64,000 nt of DNA from Candidatus Shapirobacteria bacterium (GCA_028704885.1 JAQWEN010000001.1:2838-66837); one strand, 5' to 3'; counted from the first letter of the stretch, positions 30,260-40,556 are shown. Numbers and translations are program-made. The notes: generated from the sequence alone by a model not told the origin.

Positions 30260-30826
30260 ATGGCAAAAATATATTTATTTCGACATGGACAATCAGAATT
30301 TAATTTAAAAAAAGTTTTTACTGGTTGGATGGATGCAAAATTAACAGAATTAGGGGTGGAACAGGCTAAAAATTTAGGGGAAATGTTAAAAGATAAAAAA
30401 ATAGATATTGCCTATGTTTCGAGATTATCGAGAGCTCAAGACACTTTAAAAGAAGTATTGATTTTTCATCCAGAATGTAAAACAACAATTGTTGATGATC
30501 GAATGATTGAAAGATCTTACGGGGCTTTGGCTGGATTGGGTCATGAAGAAACAATTGCCAAATATGGTCAAGAGCAATTTGATAAATGGCATAGAGGTTG
30601 GAATGACCGACCACCCGAGGGTGAATGTTTTGCTGATGTGGAAATTAGAGTGCAATCATTTATTGATGAATTAAAAACAAAATATGCCGGACAAAATATT
30701 GGAATTGCAATTTCGGCACATGGAAATTCAATTAGACTTTTTAGAAAAATAATGGAAAATGTAACACCTGAAGAAGCCAGTAGTTGGACTATCCCCTACG
30801 ACCAGTATTTTGAATATGAAATCTAA
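30260..30826 (+). CDS. gpmA: 2,3-BPG-dependent phosphoglycerate mutase
   Basis: RHGQSEFN...FTGW.D, ERSYG.L.G, AHGNSIR; follows eno. Confidence 0.85.
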   Translation: MAKIYLFRHGQSEFNLKKVFTGWMDAKLTELGVEQAKNLGEMLKDKKIDIAYVSRLSRAQDTLKEVLIFHPECKTTIVDDRMIERSYGALAGLGHEETIAKYGQEQFDKWHRGWNDRPPEGECFADVEIRVQSFIDELKTKYAGQNIGIAISAHGNSIRLFRKIMENVTPEEASSWTIPYDQYFEYEI

Positions 30827-32015
30827 AATAAATATTTTAGCGCCGGCGGGAAATTGGGAGTCATTAAAAGCAGCTATAAATGCAGGAACGGACGAAATTT
30901 ATTTTGGAATTGGTGAATTAAATATGAGAGCGGCTGGGGCCAATAATTTTTCGATTGATGATTTAAAAGAAATCGGATTAATTTGTAGAAAGGCGAAAAT
31001 AAAAAGTTGGGTGACATTAAATACAGTTGTCTACGATGAAGAAATTGAGGGAATAAAAAATATTTTAAAAGAAATTAAAAAAGCCAAAATTACGGGAATA
31101 ATCGCAGCTGATTTGGCGGTAATTAAAGCGGCAAATAAGGAAAAAATAGAAGTATGTGTGTCGACGCAAATGTCGGTATCAAATTTGGAAACAATTAGAT
31201 TTTTAAATAAATGGGTTGATAGAATTGTGCTGGCCCGGGAATTAAATTTAGAACAAATTAAAAAAATAACCGAGGGAATTAAAAAAGAAAAAATAAAAGT
31301 TGAAATTGAAGTGTTTGGACATGGAGCCATGTGTGTGGGAATTTCGGGCCGCTGCCAAATGAGTTTGTATCATCATAATCTGTCAGCTAATCGAGGAAAA
31401 TGCGGGCAAATGTGTCGAAGAAAATATGAGGTAAAAGATTTAGACAGCGGTAAAGAAATGATTTTAGAAAATAACTTAATAATGAGTCGAAGTGATTTGT
31501 GTACAATCGGACTTTTGGATAAATTAGTTGAGAGTGGAATTTCGACAATTAAAATTGAAGGACGGGCTAGAAGTGCTGATTATGTAGATACCGTAGTGAG
31601 AGTTTATAAAAAAGCGCTTAATTTAATCGAAGAAAATAAATATGGGAAAAAAGAAAAAGAAGAATTATTAAAAGAATTAAAAACGGTTTTTAATCGAGGA
31701 TTTTCTAACGGTTTTTATTTAGGAAGATCGACTAATGAATGGGCTGTCGGGGAAAATAATTTGGCGACAGAGACAAAAATATTACTAGGAAAAATTGATC
31801 ATTTTTATCCAAAAATTGGAGTGGCAGAAATTAAATTGACAACTAGTGAACGAATACAAAATGGCGACAATTATTTAATAATTGGCCCAAGTACTGGTAT
31901 TGTTAGAGGTATGTTTTTTGACATAAAAATGGATAAAAACCTCTTAAATTTTAAAGTTACCAAGAAGGTAAGAAAAAATGACAAATTGTTTATTTGTCGC
32001 GCAAATAAAAATTAG
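30816..32015 (+). CDS. U32-family protein (TrhP/RlhA-like Fe-S RNA hydroxylation)
   Basis: LAPAG, VLAREL, HGAMC...SGRC, NRGKC.Q.CR, KIEGR. Confidence 0.88.
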   Translation: MKSKINILAPAGNWESLKAAINAGTDEIYFGIGELNMRAAGANNFSIDDLKEIGLICRKAKIKSWVTLNTVVYDEEIEGIKNILKEIKKAKITGIIAADLAVIKAANKEKIEVCVSTQMSVSNLETIRFLNKWVDRIVLARELNLEQIKKITEGIKKEKIKVEIEVFGHGAMCVGISGRCQMSLYHHNLSANRGKCGQMCRRKYEVKDLDSGKEMILENNLIMSRSDLCTIGLLDKLVESGISTIKIEGRARSADYVDTVVRVYKKALNLIEENKYGKKEKEELLKELKTVFNRGFSNGFYLGRSTNEWAVGENNLATETKILLGKIDHFYPKIGVAEIKLTTSERIQNGDNYLIIGPSTGIVRGMFFDIKMDKNLLNFKVTKKVRKNDKLFICRANKN

Positions 32016-32385
32016 TTGCAGCTTTGACCAGAGTGGCGCCAATTAAAGCAATAAAGAAAATTGGATTAAGATCTTGTTTAAAGATAACCCAACCAATTAA
32101 GACAAAGATCATAAACCACAAAGCGTTGCGATCAGAAATGGCTTCATGAAGATGTTCTCGTTCATCTTTTTTAAGTTGAGTCATAATATGGAAAATATCA
32201 GCTAAAAAGATAATTATCCAAACTGTAGTAAAAATGGTTTTAAAGTTTTGAGCTACAGAAATGGATTCTAAAATAGCAATTGGGGCAACAAACAAAGCGG
32301 TATATAGCCAGCCCTGCCAAGTAATAGGGGTTAATCCCCAACCTGTATATTTTCTAAGAGTAAACCATTTTGGATTTCCGATCAT
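31990..32385 (-). CDS. DUF2178-like membrane protein
   Basis: WF..RKY.GWG.TP.TWQGW; DERE motif; TM helices. Confidence 0.65.
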   Translation of the reverse strand: MIGNPKWFTLRKYTGWGLTPITWQGWLYTALFVAPIAILESISVAQNFKTIFTTVWIIIFLADIFHIMTQLKKDEREHLHEAISDRNALWFMIFVLIGWVIFKQDLNPIFFIALIGATLVKAATNFYLRDK

Positions 32386-32420
32386 ATTTTTATAAATTTT
32401 TAATTTTTAATTTGAAATTT

Positions 32421-32612
32421 TTAATTAAAGATAAATAGTTCATTAATTGATGTTTCTAGAGCTTTGGCCACATCATGGGCTAATTTTAAAGAAGGGTTAT
32501 ATTTCCCCTGTTCAAGAAAAACAATTGTTTCTCTACGGACACCGACTAAATTAGCTAACTGGTCTTGAGTTAGATTTAATTTGGCCCGATATTCTTTAAT
32601 TTTAGTTTGCAT
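32421..32612 (-). CDS. Xre-family HTH transcriptional regulator
   Basis: [27 protein letters not shown]. Confidence 0.92.
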   Translation of the reverse strand: MQTKIKEYRAKLNLTQDQLANLVGVRRETIVFLEQGKYNPSLKLAHDVAKALETSINELFIFN

Positions 32613-32615
32613 ATT

Positions 32616-33161
32616 TTATTTACAAATAGTTTTTGGAGCAGCAAAGTTAGGATGGCCATGGGCAACCCATTGACCATTTTGACAGATCCAATTGTCTTCT
32701 CCGGAAAATAAACGAAGAGTAAAAATGCTTAAAAATATAGCCAAAATGATGGCAAAAATAATAAATTTATTTTTGTTTTGAGTAAATTTAGTCTTGTTTT
32801 GAAATTTAAAAATAAGACTATAAACCAACATTAAAAGACAAGTGGAATAAGCCAAAGTCATGGCAATTGGTTCATAACTAGGATTTAAATCTTTGAAAGC
32901 ATACAAAATAAACATAGCGACAACAGAAATCCAGGAGTAAATTTGAATAGCCCAACTGGCAGATTTACCAGCAAGAGCATAATCTCTCTCATCGGCGATA
33001 ACTTCTTTAACACGGCGTCGAAGCAAAATTAAAACAAGAGAACTAACCACTAAAGTGGCAATTGGAATTAAATAATTTTGAAAAATAATCGATTGACTGA
33101 AAATTATGGCAATAACCACAACTATAGCCAATTTGATTTGTTGATATTTTTTGAGTGTCAT
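32616..33161 (-). CDS. DUF2178-domain membrane protein with extracellular Cys motif
   Basis: VIADERD; C-terminal EDNWICQNGQWVAHGHP. Confidence 0.7.
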   Translation of the reverse strand: MTLKKYQQIKLAIVVVIAIIFSQSIIFQNYLIPIATLVVSSLVLILLRRRVKEVIADERDYALAGKSASWAIQIYSWISVVAMFILYAFKDLNPSYEPIAMTLAYSTCLLMLVYSLIFKFQNKTKFTQNKNKFIIFAIILAIFLSIFTLRLFSGEDNWICQNGQWVAHGHPNFAAPKTICK

Positions 33162-33168
33162 AAATTAT

Positions 33169-33216
33169 GTTAATTAATTCTAACTATATGTTAGATCTAG
33201 ATAACACATTTGTCAA
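33169..33216 (-). promoter_or_regulatory. Sigma70 promoter overlapped by two GTTA-N8-TAAC palindromes (putative Xre operator)
   Basis: TTGACA(33216-33211)-N17-TAACAT(33193-33188); palindromes at 33169-33184 and 33190-33205. Confidence 0.7.
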
Positions 33217-33240
33217 GAGAGAACATTGAAATTAAAAAAA

Positions 33241-33453
33241 TTAAATAAGAGAACGAGCGAGAGGTAAACCGGTAGTGGTTTTTTTATAACAAAGAGGAAA
33301 ATCACTGTTAAGATCAGATCTATTATAGAGACAATCCGGATTTTCTTTTTTACAACAATGTTTTTCGTCGGTGAGAATAGTAGCCCCAAGTGGTAATCCT
33401 TGACAAAGTTTAACAATAACTGGATCAATTAACTCAATTAATTCTTGTTTCAT
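33241..33453 (-). CDS. Small Cys-containing hypothetical protein
   Basis: 70-aa ATG-started ORF filling the gap, co-oriented with neighbours; 5 Cys. Confidence 0.45.
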   Translation of the reverse strand: MKQELIELIDPVIVKLCQGLPLGATILTDEKHCCKKENPDCLYNRSDLNSDFPLCYKKTTTGLPLARSLI

Positions 33454-33479
33454 TTATAGAAAACGTATAAATGATTTTA

Positions 33480-34097
33480 TCAATTTTTGAGATGATCGCA
33501 AACATCGAATTGATCGACAGAAAAATTTTGACCATCGTAGTTGATGACAGTATATCCCCCTTCATGAATTTTAGCGCCGGCAATTAGATCGTCGCTTGGT
33601 CGATATTTTGGTTCTAAAGAATAGACAAAATTTCTAATAATGCCACCATGGCTAGAAATTAAAATGGTTTCTTCGGAAGAAGTTATACAAATTTCTCTTA
33701 GTTTGGTTTCAAAAGAAGAAATAGCGGTGTTAAAAGAAATATTGGTTTCCGGTGGAATCCAATCGGGATCAATCATGGCTTGGGCATAAAGATGTTCTTT
33801 GATTTCTTCGGGTTGAGAAAAATCTTTAATTGGAAAAAATTCTTGAAATTCAAAAACAATTGAAATTTCTTTAATGCCAATAATCGATCGAACAATTTCG
33901 GCACTTTGAATGGCTCGAGCATAGGAGCTGGTAAATAAATATTGGGATGATTTTAATTCAGGAAATCTAGTCTTTAAAATATTTCCTAATTTAGTAATTT
34001 GATCAATTCCTTCCTGATTTAAACAAGTCAAACTTTTTTTATCACCGATAAAATCTATTTTTTGTTTTTGTCCGTGGCGAAAAAGAATTATTTTCAT
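33480..34097 (-). CDS. Histidine phosphatase family protein
   Basis: LFRHG, S...RAIQSA, SHGG.IR. Confidence 0.85.
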   Translation of the reverse strand: MKIILFRHGQKQKIDFIGDKKSLTCLNQEGIDQITKLGNILKTRFPELKSSQYLFTSSYARAIQSAEIVRSIIGIKEISIVFEFQEFFPIKDFSQPEEIKEHLYAQAMIDPDWIPPETNISFNTAISSFETKLREICITSSEETILISSHGGIIRNFVYSLEPKYRPSDDLIAGAKIHEGGYTVINYDGQNFSVDQFDVCDHLKN

Positions 34098-34122
34098 AGA
34101 ATTACTGATATGATAACAACAG

Positions 34123-34566
34123 ATGGACAAAAATTGTTTTGTTTGTGATCGAATTGAATTAATTAAAGAAAATAAAAACCCTTATTTTGTTAAAGAAATG
34201 AAAACTGGATATGTGGTAATTGGTGATTATCAATTTTATAAGGGTTATACCCTGTTTATTTGCAAAGAACACAAAAAGGAATTGCATGAATTAGAGCCAA
34301 AATTTAGAAAATTATTTTTAGAAGAAATGAGTGAAGTGGCAGAAGCGGTGTATAAAGCATTTAAACCAAATAAATTAAATTATGAATTGTTGGGAAACAC
34401 GGTTTGCCATATGCATTGGCATTTAATTCCAAGATATAAAGATGACCAAAAAGCAGATACAGCAATTTGGGTAATAGATAAAAGTGTTAGATGCAGCGAA
34501 AAAGTAAAGGCAACTCCAGAACAAATTCAAGAATATAAAAAGCTTTTGTTAAAATATTTGAAATAA
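34123..34566 (+). CDS. HIT-family nucleotide hydrolase
   Basis: CFVC; LGN...HMHWHLIPR. Confidence 0.92.
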   Translation: MDKNCFVCDRIELIKENKNPYFVKEMKTGYVVIGDYQFYKGYTLFICKEHKKELHELEPKFRKLFLEEMSEVAEAVYKAFKPNKLNYELLGNTVCHMHWHLIPRYKDDQKADTAIWVIDKSVRCSEKVKATPEQIQEYKKLLLKYLK

Positions 34567-34569
34567 AAA

Positions 34570-35112
34570 ATGGTAGAAAAATTTATTAATAAAAAAATAA
34601 AAGATTTAATTTTGGAAGAAAAAGAAGAAATTAAGAAGTTTTTAATAGAAATTTTTAAAGATAATTCAAGTTATAAAAATACGGTTTATACCAACCCCGA
34701 CTTGAATGAGTGTTTATTACTGTATATTGAAAATAAATTGGTTGGACATATCAGTATTACCAAAAGAATAATTAATTATAAAAATAAACAATACTTAGTA
34801 GGCGGAATTGGTGATGTCGCCATTGATAAAGAATATAGAGAAAAAGGTTTTGGAAATAAATTAATGAAAGAAGTAAATAAAATTTTAAAAGAAGGAAACT
34901 ATGATTTAGGTATTTTGTTTAATCATCCAAAATTGGATAACTTTTATTCTTCTTGTGATTGGATTCCAAAAGACAATGGAAAAATCTTTGCCACAGTTAA
35001 TGGAATTTTAGAAGACCAAATGCGAACTTTTTTATTACCAATCAATTTAACAGAAAAAGATTTAGAAGTTTGGAAAAATGAAGATATTAATATTGGAAAC
35101 GGGAGTTGGTAA
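34570..35112 (+). CDS. GNAT-family acetyltransferase
   Basis: GIGDVAIDKEYREKGFG..LM; NFYSS..W. Confidence 0.85.
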   Translation: MVEKFINKKIKDLILEEKEEIKKFLIEIFKDNSSYKNTVYTNPDLNECLLLYIENKLVGHISITKRIINYKNKQYLVGGIGDVAIDKEYREKGFGNKLMKEVNKILKEGNYDLGILFNHPKLDNFYSSCDWIPKDNGKIFATVNGILEDQMRTFLLPINLTEKDLEVWKNEDINIGNGSW

Positions 35113-35120
35113 CTACAAAT

Positions 35121-35687
35121 ATGAAAACAACATCCCATTTTTTAGGAATAACTTTAAACAATAAATTATTTTTGGGTTTATTTAACTCACTCCAAAAATA
35201 TTTAAATGAAAATAATATTGAAAATGCAATTGAACTTCAAAACATAAACAATTTACATATCACTCTTTATTATTTTGGAGAAAAAATTGATTCAAAAACT
35301 TTATTAAAAGTAAAAGATGACTTATTGAAATTAAATAAAATAATATTCCCTATATATATCGATAAATTTAACTTTTTTGAAAAAGAAAGACAAATTTACT
35401 TAGGATATCTATCCCCTTCAAAAAACAAAAAAATAAAAGAAATAAATTCAAAATTAAAATCAAATTATATTAGTGATGTTCCAGATAATGATTATTCGAG
35501 ATATATTCCACATGTAACTTTATTTAAAATAAGAGATTTTGATTTATATCAAAAACATAGTGAAAAAATATTAAAAATAATAAACTTTAATTTAAAAAAA
35601 ATCAAAATAAATGATTCTTTTAAAGAAATTAATCTTTATGCAGTTGATTCAAGTTTTTCTCCTGAAAAACAAGTTGTAGTTTATTGA
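35121..35687 (+). CDS. 2H phosphoesterase (2'-5' RNA ligase family)
   Basis: Two HxT motifs: LHITLYYFG and YIPHVTL. Confidence 0.8.
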   Translation: MKTTSHFLGITLNNKLFLGLFNSLQKYLNENNIENAIELQNINNLHITLYYFGEKIDSKTLLKVKDDLLKLNKIIFPIYIDKFNFFEKERQIYLGYLSPSKNKKIKEINSKLKSNYISDVPDNDYSRYIPHVTLFKIRDFDLYQKHSEKILKIINFNLKKIKINDSFKEINLYAVDSSFSPEKQVVVY

Positions 35688-37132
35688 CACAAAATCATTT
35701 TATTTTCCGGAAGGAGGAAGTGACGGGAAGGTTTTAATTCAGCAATAAATTCCGGAGTATGACTGACGATAATCATGGCGCCTTGATAAAATTTTAGAGC
35801 TTCGAGAATTAATCTTTGAGAAAGAACATCAAGATAAGTGGTTGGTTCATCAAGAATTAAAAGATTATAATTTTTGGCTAAAAGAGTGGCAATGGAAAGA
35901 CGGGTTTTTTCACCACCGGAAAGAGTGGAAACTTTTTGAAAAACTTTTTGACCAGGAAAAAGAAAGCGACCTAATAAACAACGAAGTTGAGGTTCAGCCA
36001 TTTCACATTTATCGCGAACTGTTTCTAAAAGATTTTTGTCCATGTCAAAAGTTTCAAACTCTTGGGAATAATAGCCAATTTTTAATTTTTCATCTTTAAT
36101 AATTTCACCAGAATCTTGAACTAACATACCCATTAAAATTTTAATAAGAGTACTTTTACCAGCACCGTTTTGACCCATTAAAGCGATTCTTTCACCTCGT
36201 TTAATGTCAAAATTAATATCAGTTAAAACTTTTTTCTCACCGTATGATTTAGATAAATTTTTAACCATGAAAGGTACTTCCCCTACCCAAGCTGGTTCTG
36301 GTAATTGCATGCTAATTTTTTTAGCGGCTGGCGGCATCTCTGGTAAAGCAACGACTAATTTTTCAATTCTTTTTTGTAAATTTAATTTTTGACGGACACC
36401 TTTTTCGGATCGATTACCAGAAATTCTGACTAAACCTTTTTTCATTTCGACAATCTTTCTGGATTGAACATGAATTTGATGAACCAAAAGTTCTTCTCTC
36501 TCGCCTTTTAGATTGACATAATTAGTGTAATTGCCATTATATTCAGTGATTTGTTTGGTGCGTTTATCAACTTCGATAATTTTATCGATGTTTTTGTCGA
36601 GTAATTTTAAATCGTGAGAAATAATGATTAGAGTTTTGGAATAACGTCCGAGAAAATTCATCATCCAAAGTTTGCCTTCAACATCTAAAAAATTAGTCGG
36701 TTCATCTAAAAGTAAAATGTCGGGCTCAAAAATTAGAGCCCGAGCGATAGCCAATTTGGTTTTTTGACCACCACTTAAAACTTGAGGTTTACCATCAAGA
36801 AACAAACGTGATAATTCTAATTTGGAAAGCATTTTTAAAAGTTCATAATCTTGTTTTTCATAATAAGGGTCTAGATATTCACGAATAGAAGTGGCTTTTT
36901 CCATCAATGGATCTTGTTTAACTTCTTGAGGAACAGACATAACGTCGCCAACTATTTCGAGACTGCCATCATCAATAAAATCTTGCCCCATTATTAAATT
37001 GAAAAGAGTTGACTTACCAGAACCGTTGGCCCCAACTACACCAACTTTACTATTTTTAGCAACATAAAAGTTAGCACCTTCAAAAATGTTTTCTTTGCCG
37101 TAAGAATAAAATATATTTTTTGCCGAAATCAT
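35681..37132 (-). CDS. ABC-F family ATPase
   Basis: Two ABC domains (GANGSGKST, GQNGAGKST, LSGG, LDEPT) and no TM region. Confidence 0.92.
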   Translation of the reverse strand: MISAKNIFYSYGKENIFEGANFYVAKNSKVGVVGANGSGKSTLFNLIMGQDFIDDGSLEIVGDVMSVPQEVKQDPLMEKATSIREYLDPYYEKQDYELLKMLSKLELSRLFLDGKPQVLSGGQKTKLAIARALIFEPDILLLDEPTNFLDVEGKLWMMNFLGRYSKTLIIISHDLKLLDKNIDKIIEVDKRTKQITEYNGNYTNYVNLKGEREELLVHQIHVQSRKIVEMKKGLVRISGNRSEKGVRQKLNLQKRIEKLVVALPEMPPAAKKISMQLPEPAWVGEVPFMVKNLSKSYGEKKVLTDINFDIKRGERIALMGQNGAGKSTLIKILMGMLVQDSGEIIKDEKLKIGYYSQEFETFDMDKNLLETVRDKCEMAEPQLRCLLGRFLFPGQKVFQKVSTLSGGEKTRLSIATLLAKNYNLLILDEPTTYLDVLSQRLILEALKFYQGAMIIVSHTPEFIAELKPSRHFLLPENKMILCQ

Positions 37133-37187
37133 CCTATGATTTTACCATTAGTGGCTTTTAATTTGTTTTTCATTGTTATAATTGGCT

Positions 37188-38585
37188 ATGTTGTTTACTT
37201 CGCCAGTTTTTCTTTTTTTATTTTTACCAATATTATTGGTAATTTACTATCTATCACCGACTAAATTTCGAAACTTATTACTTTTATTAGCCAGTTTGTT
37301 TTTTTATGCTTGGGGAGAAGGTTTATATGTACTGATACTAATATCAATGATTTTAGTTAATTATATTTTTGGATTAATAATTAACAAAACAACATACAAA
37401 AAAATTTGGTTAACCTCAGCTATTATTTTTGATTTAGGCTATATTTTCTATTTTAAATATTTGATTTTTGCGATGACGACCTTGTCAACTGTTTTATTAA
37501 AAACAGGAAAAGGACCTTTGGAATTACCCCAAATAATAATGCCGCTGGGAATATCGTTTGTGACTTTTCATCTTATTTCTTATGTCTTTGATATTTATAG
37601 AAAAGATATTAGGGCGGAAAAAAATGTTTTAAATTTTTCATTGTATATTTTAATGTTCCCCCATTTAATTGCTGGACCAATAGTGAGATATAAAGACATT
37701 GGTGTTCAAATTAAAAAACGTCAATTTAGTAAAGATCAATTTGTGGAGGGAATAAAAAGATTTGTGATGGGATTGGCTAAAAAAGTATTAATAGCCAATG
37801 TAATGGCGGCTGTCGCGGATCAAATATTTGCCATATTTCCTCAATATCTAACCGGCCAAATTGTGTGGTTGGCTTTATTTTCTTACACCTTGCAAATATA
37901 TTTTGATTTTTCTGGTTACTCTGATATGGCCATTGGATTGGCTAAAATGTTTGGATTTAATTTTAAAGAGAACTTTAATTTTCCTTATATTGCCAATTCA
38001 ATTAAAGATTTTTGGAGAAGATGGCACATATCATTATCTTCATGGTTTAGAGACTATTTATATATACCTTTAGGAGGAAATAGGAAAGGAAAAATCAGAA
38101 CATTAGTGAATATTGCAATTGTCTTTACTTTAACTGGTTTGTGGCATGGATCTAATTGGCATTTTATTTTTTGGGGAGTATATTTTGGATTTTTCTTAAT
38201 TTTGGAAAATTTATTTTTAGGAAAAGTATTAGATAAATTATGGTTTGGATGGCGACATCTTTATACAATGGGAGTGGTGATAATCGGCTGGTTATTTTTT
38301 AGAATTAATAGTTTAAATTATGCCGTATATTTACTTAAAGTGATGGTTGGAATTAACCCAAATAAAATAGCCGTTTATCAATTGGGTAATTTTGCGACCA
38401 GAGAATATTTAGCAGTTATGCTGATAGCATTGGTAGCTGCAACTCCGATTGGACGAAATTTGTATCAAAAAATTGTGAATAAAATTCCAGCAATGGAAAT
38501 AATTACAACTGGAGGATTATTAATATTGTCGATAATGCAATTGGCCGGAGATACTTATAATCCATTTATTTACTTTAGGTTTTAA
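37188..38585 (+). CDS. MBOAT O-acyltransferase (AlgI/DltB/PatA-like)
   Basis: PLGISF.TF, AGPIVRY, YFDFSGYSDMAIG, FWRRWHISLSSW, GLWHG. Confidence 0.93.
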   Translation: MLFTSPVFLFLFLPILLVIYYLSPTKFRNLLLLLASLFFYAWGEGLYVLILISMILVNYIFGLIINKTTYKKIWLTSAIIFDLGYIFYFKYLIFAMTTLSTVLLKTGKGPLELPQIIMPLGISFVTFHLISYVFDIYRKDIRAEKNVLNFSLYILMFPHLIAGPIVRYKDIGVQIKKRQFSKDQFVEGIKRFVMGLAKKVLIANVMAAVADQIFAIFPQYLTGQIVWLALFSYTLQIYFDFSGYSDMAIGLAKMFGFNFKENFNFPYIANSIKDFWRRWHISLSSWFRDYLYIPLGGNRKGKIRTLVNIAIVFTLTGLWHGSNWHFIFWGVYFGFFLILENLFLGKVLDKLWFGWRHLYTMGVVIIGWLFFRINSLNYAVYLLKVMVGINPNKIAVYQLGNFATREYLAVMLIALVAATPIGRNLYQKIVNKIPAMEIITTGGLLILSIMQLAGDTYNPFIYFRF

Positions 38586-39691
38586 TGAAAAATAAAAATA
38601 ATTTATTAATTATAATTTTTGGAATAATATTGGTTTCGCCAAGCATTTCTTTATTATTTGGTTTTGGTAATAATGTTTATTTAAACGATAATCGACCATT
38701 GGCAAGTATCCCAAAAATTGGAATTTATAAAGAATTTCCGGTTCTTTTTGCTAATTATTTTAATGATCATTTTGGCTTAAGAAATTTATCAATAGTAACA
38801 AGTAGATGGCTTAAATTTAACTTTTTTAAAGTGTCACCAAATAAATCGGTAACCATTGGAAAAAATGACTGGCTTTTTTTTACTTCCGATATCCAATATG
38901 TTGATTCTGTCAATGCTCAACCATTTAAACAAAATGATCTTGAACAAATTAAAAATAATTTTTTAAATATTCAAAATAAATTTAAGAATAAGGGAATTAA
39001 ATTTTATTTTTTGGTGGCGCCAAACAAACAATCGATATATCCAGAATATTTACCGGATTATATGAAAAAAATAAATCCTGATTCTAGATTGGACCAATTA
39101 ACTTCTTATTTAGCTGAATTTAAGGAAATTAATTTTATTAATCCTAAAAAAGAATTAGAAGAAGTTAAAAAAACATCCCCTGTTTATCTTAAATACGATA
39201 CTCATTGGAACAATATGGGAGCCTTTGTGGCTTATCAGAAACTTGGTAAAAAAATAAATCAAGATTTTCCAATAATTAAAACAAAATCTCAAGATGATTA
39301 TAATTTTGTTGAAAAAGAAGCGATTAATAAAGACTTAGTAGAAGTACAAATGGGAATTACAGAAGGTTTTAAGGAAACGGAAATGGTTTTTGAAAATAAA
39401 AATGTTAAATCAAAAATTGTTGAGGGAGATTGTCCCGATGTGTATAAAACATGTGGAATATTAATTAAGGAAATTAATAATCCAAAACTTCCAAAGTTAG
39501 TAATGTTTAGAGATTCTTTTGGAAATAAATTAATTCCATTTATTTCTGAACATTTTAGAAGATCCTATTATTATTGGGGATCAATTCCTTTTTCTTATTC
39601 AATAGTAGAAAAAGAAAAACCAGACATAGTGATTATGGAATTAACCGAACGAGAATTATGGCGAATTAAGGATGAATTATTTGTGTTTTAA
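38585..39691 (+). CDS. AlgJ/AlgX-like SGNH O-acetyltransferase
   Basis: FNDHFGLR, PNKQSIYPE, DTHWN..GA, RDSFG; coupled to the MBOAT gene. Confidence 0.85.
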   Translation: MKNKNNLLIIIFGIILVSPSISLLFGFGNNVYLNDNRPLASIPKIGIYKEFPVLFANYFNDHFGLRNLSIVTSRWLKFNFFKVSPNKSVTIGKNDWLFFTSDIQYVDSVNAQPFKQNDLEQIKNNFLNIQNKFKNKGIKFYFLVAPNKQSIYPEYLPDYMKKINPDSRLDQLTSYLAEFKEINFINPKKELEEVKKTSPVYLKYDTHWNNMGAFVAYQKLGKKINQDFPIIKTKSQDDYNFVEKEAINKDLVEVQMGITEGFKETEMVFENKNVKSKIVEGDCPDVYKTCGILIKEINNPKLPKLVMFRDSFGNKLIPFISEHFRRSYYYWGSIPFSYSIVEKEKPDIVIMELTERELWRIKDELFVF

Positions 39692-39710
39692 AAATTGATA
39701 TCCTATACAC

Positions 39711-40517
39711 ATGAAGTTTCTAATTCGATGGCTACAGAGATTGGTTATTGGGATGATGGCGTTGATAGTAATATGGTTTATTTCAACCCAAATATACGAA
39801 CGATTAGAAGATAGATTATCAATGTTTTTGGCATTGGTTATTACTTATCTTATTTCGGCCTACATAGTTTTGCCGGTGGCAACTCATTTAACATTGATGA
39901 TTACTAGAAAGGGAAAAATTCCCCGTTTTACCAGAGCGGCCGACGGACTTTATGTAGATCCGGTGAATATAATTTTTGACGGAACTAGGGATGAATTAGA
40001 AAATGTTTTTAAAAATATTGGCTGGTATAAAGCTGATAAATTAACAATAAAAAGCGGAATAAAAATGTTTTTTTCGGTTTTATTAAACAAAGCCTATTTA
40101 AAAGCACCATTTGGTTTACTTTTTCTTTTTGGCCGAAAACAAGATATAGGTTTTCAGAAAGCAATTGGAAATAGTCCAAAAAGAAGACACCATATTAGAT
40201 TTTGGGCAACTAATACAGATAAAATAATTAATCCTTTGGATATAAAATATTGGACCAAAAAACAGAAAATTAATCGTGATAAAGCGTTTACTTGGATTGG
40301 AGCAGGAAGCGAAGATATGGGAATAGGATTTAAAAAAATTAGTTATCAAATTACTCATCGAGTTGATCCGGAAGTTGACGAGGAAAGAGATTATATTTTA
40401 AGTGAACTTAAAAAGGCAAATTGCATCGGAAGAATTAAATATTATAAAGCAGGAGCTTTTAAAGTTGGGAAGTATGTTTCGGATGGAAAAATTGCAGTAG
40501 TGAAATTAAAGTCTTGA
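39711..40517 (+). CDS. LssY C-terminal domain membrane protein
   Basis: DPVN, P...LFLFGRKQD..FQ, RHHIRFW, TH.VDP.VD.ERD. Confidence 0.8.
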   Translation: MKFLIRWLQRLVIGMMALIVIWFISTQIYERLEDRLSMFLALVITYLISAYIVLPVATHLTLMITRKGKIPRFTRAADGLYVDPVNIIFDGTRDELENVFKNIGWYKADKLTIKSGIKMFFSVLLNKAYLKAPFGLLFLFGRKQDIGFQKAIGNSPKRRHHIRFWATNTDKIINPLDIKYWTKKQKINRDKAFTWIGAGSEDMGIGFKKISYQITHRVDPEVDEERDYILSELKKANCIGRIKYYKAGAFKVGKYVSDGKIAVVKLKS

Positions 40518-40556
40518 ATAAAGTAGACATTCTTGAAATATTTTTTTAAGAAATAA

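Noticed and set aside
35681-37132. ABC-F as an antibiotic-resistance (ARE) protein
   Set aside because: The inter-domain linker looks ordinary in length and there is no attenuator leader; it cannot be assigned without phylogeny
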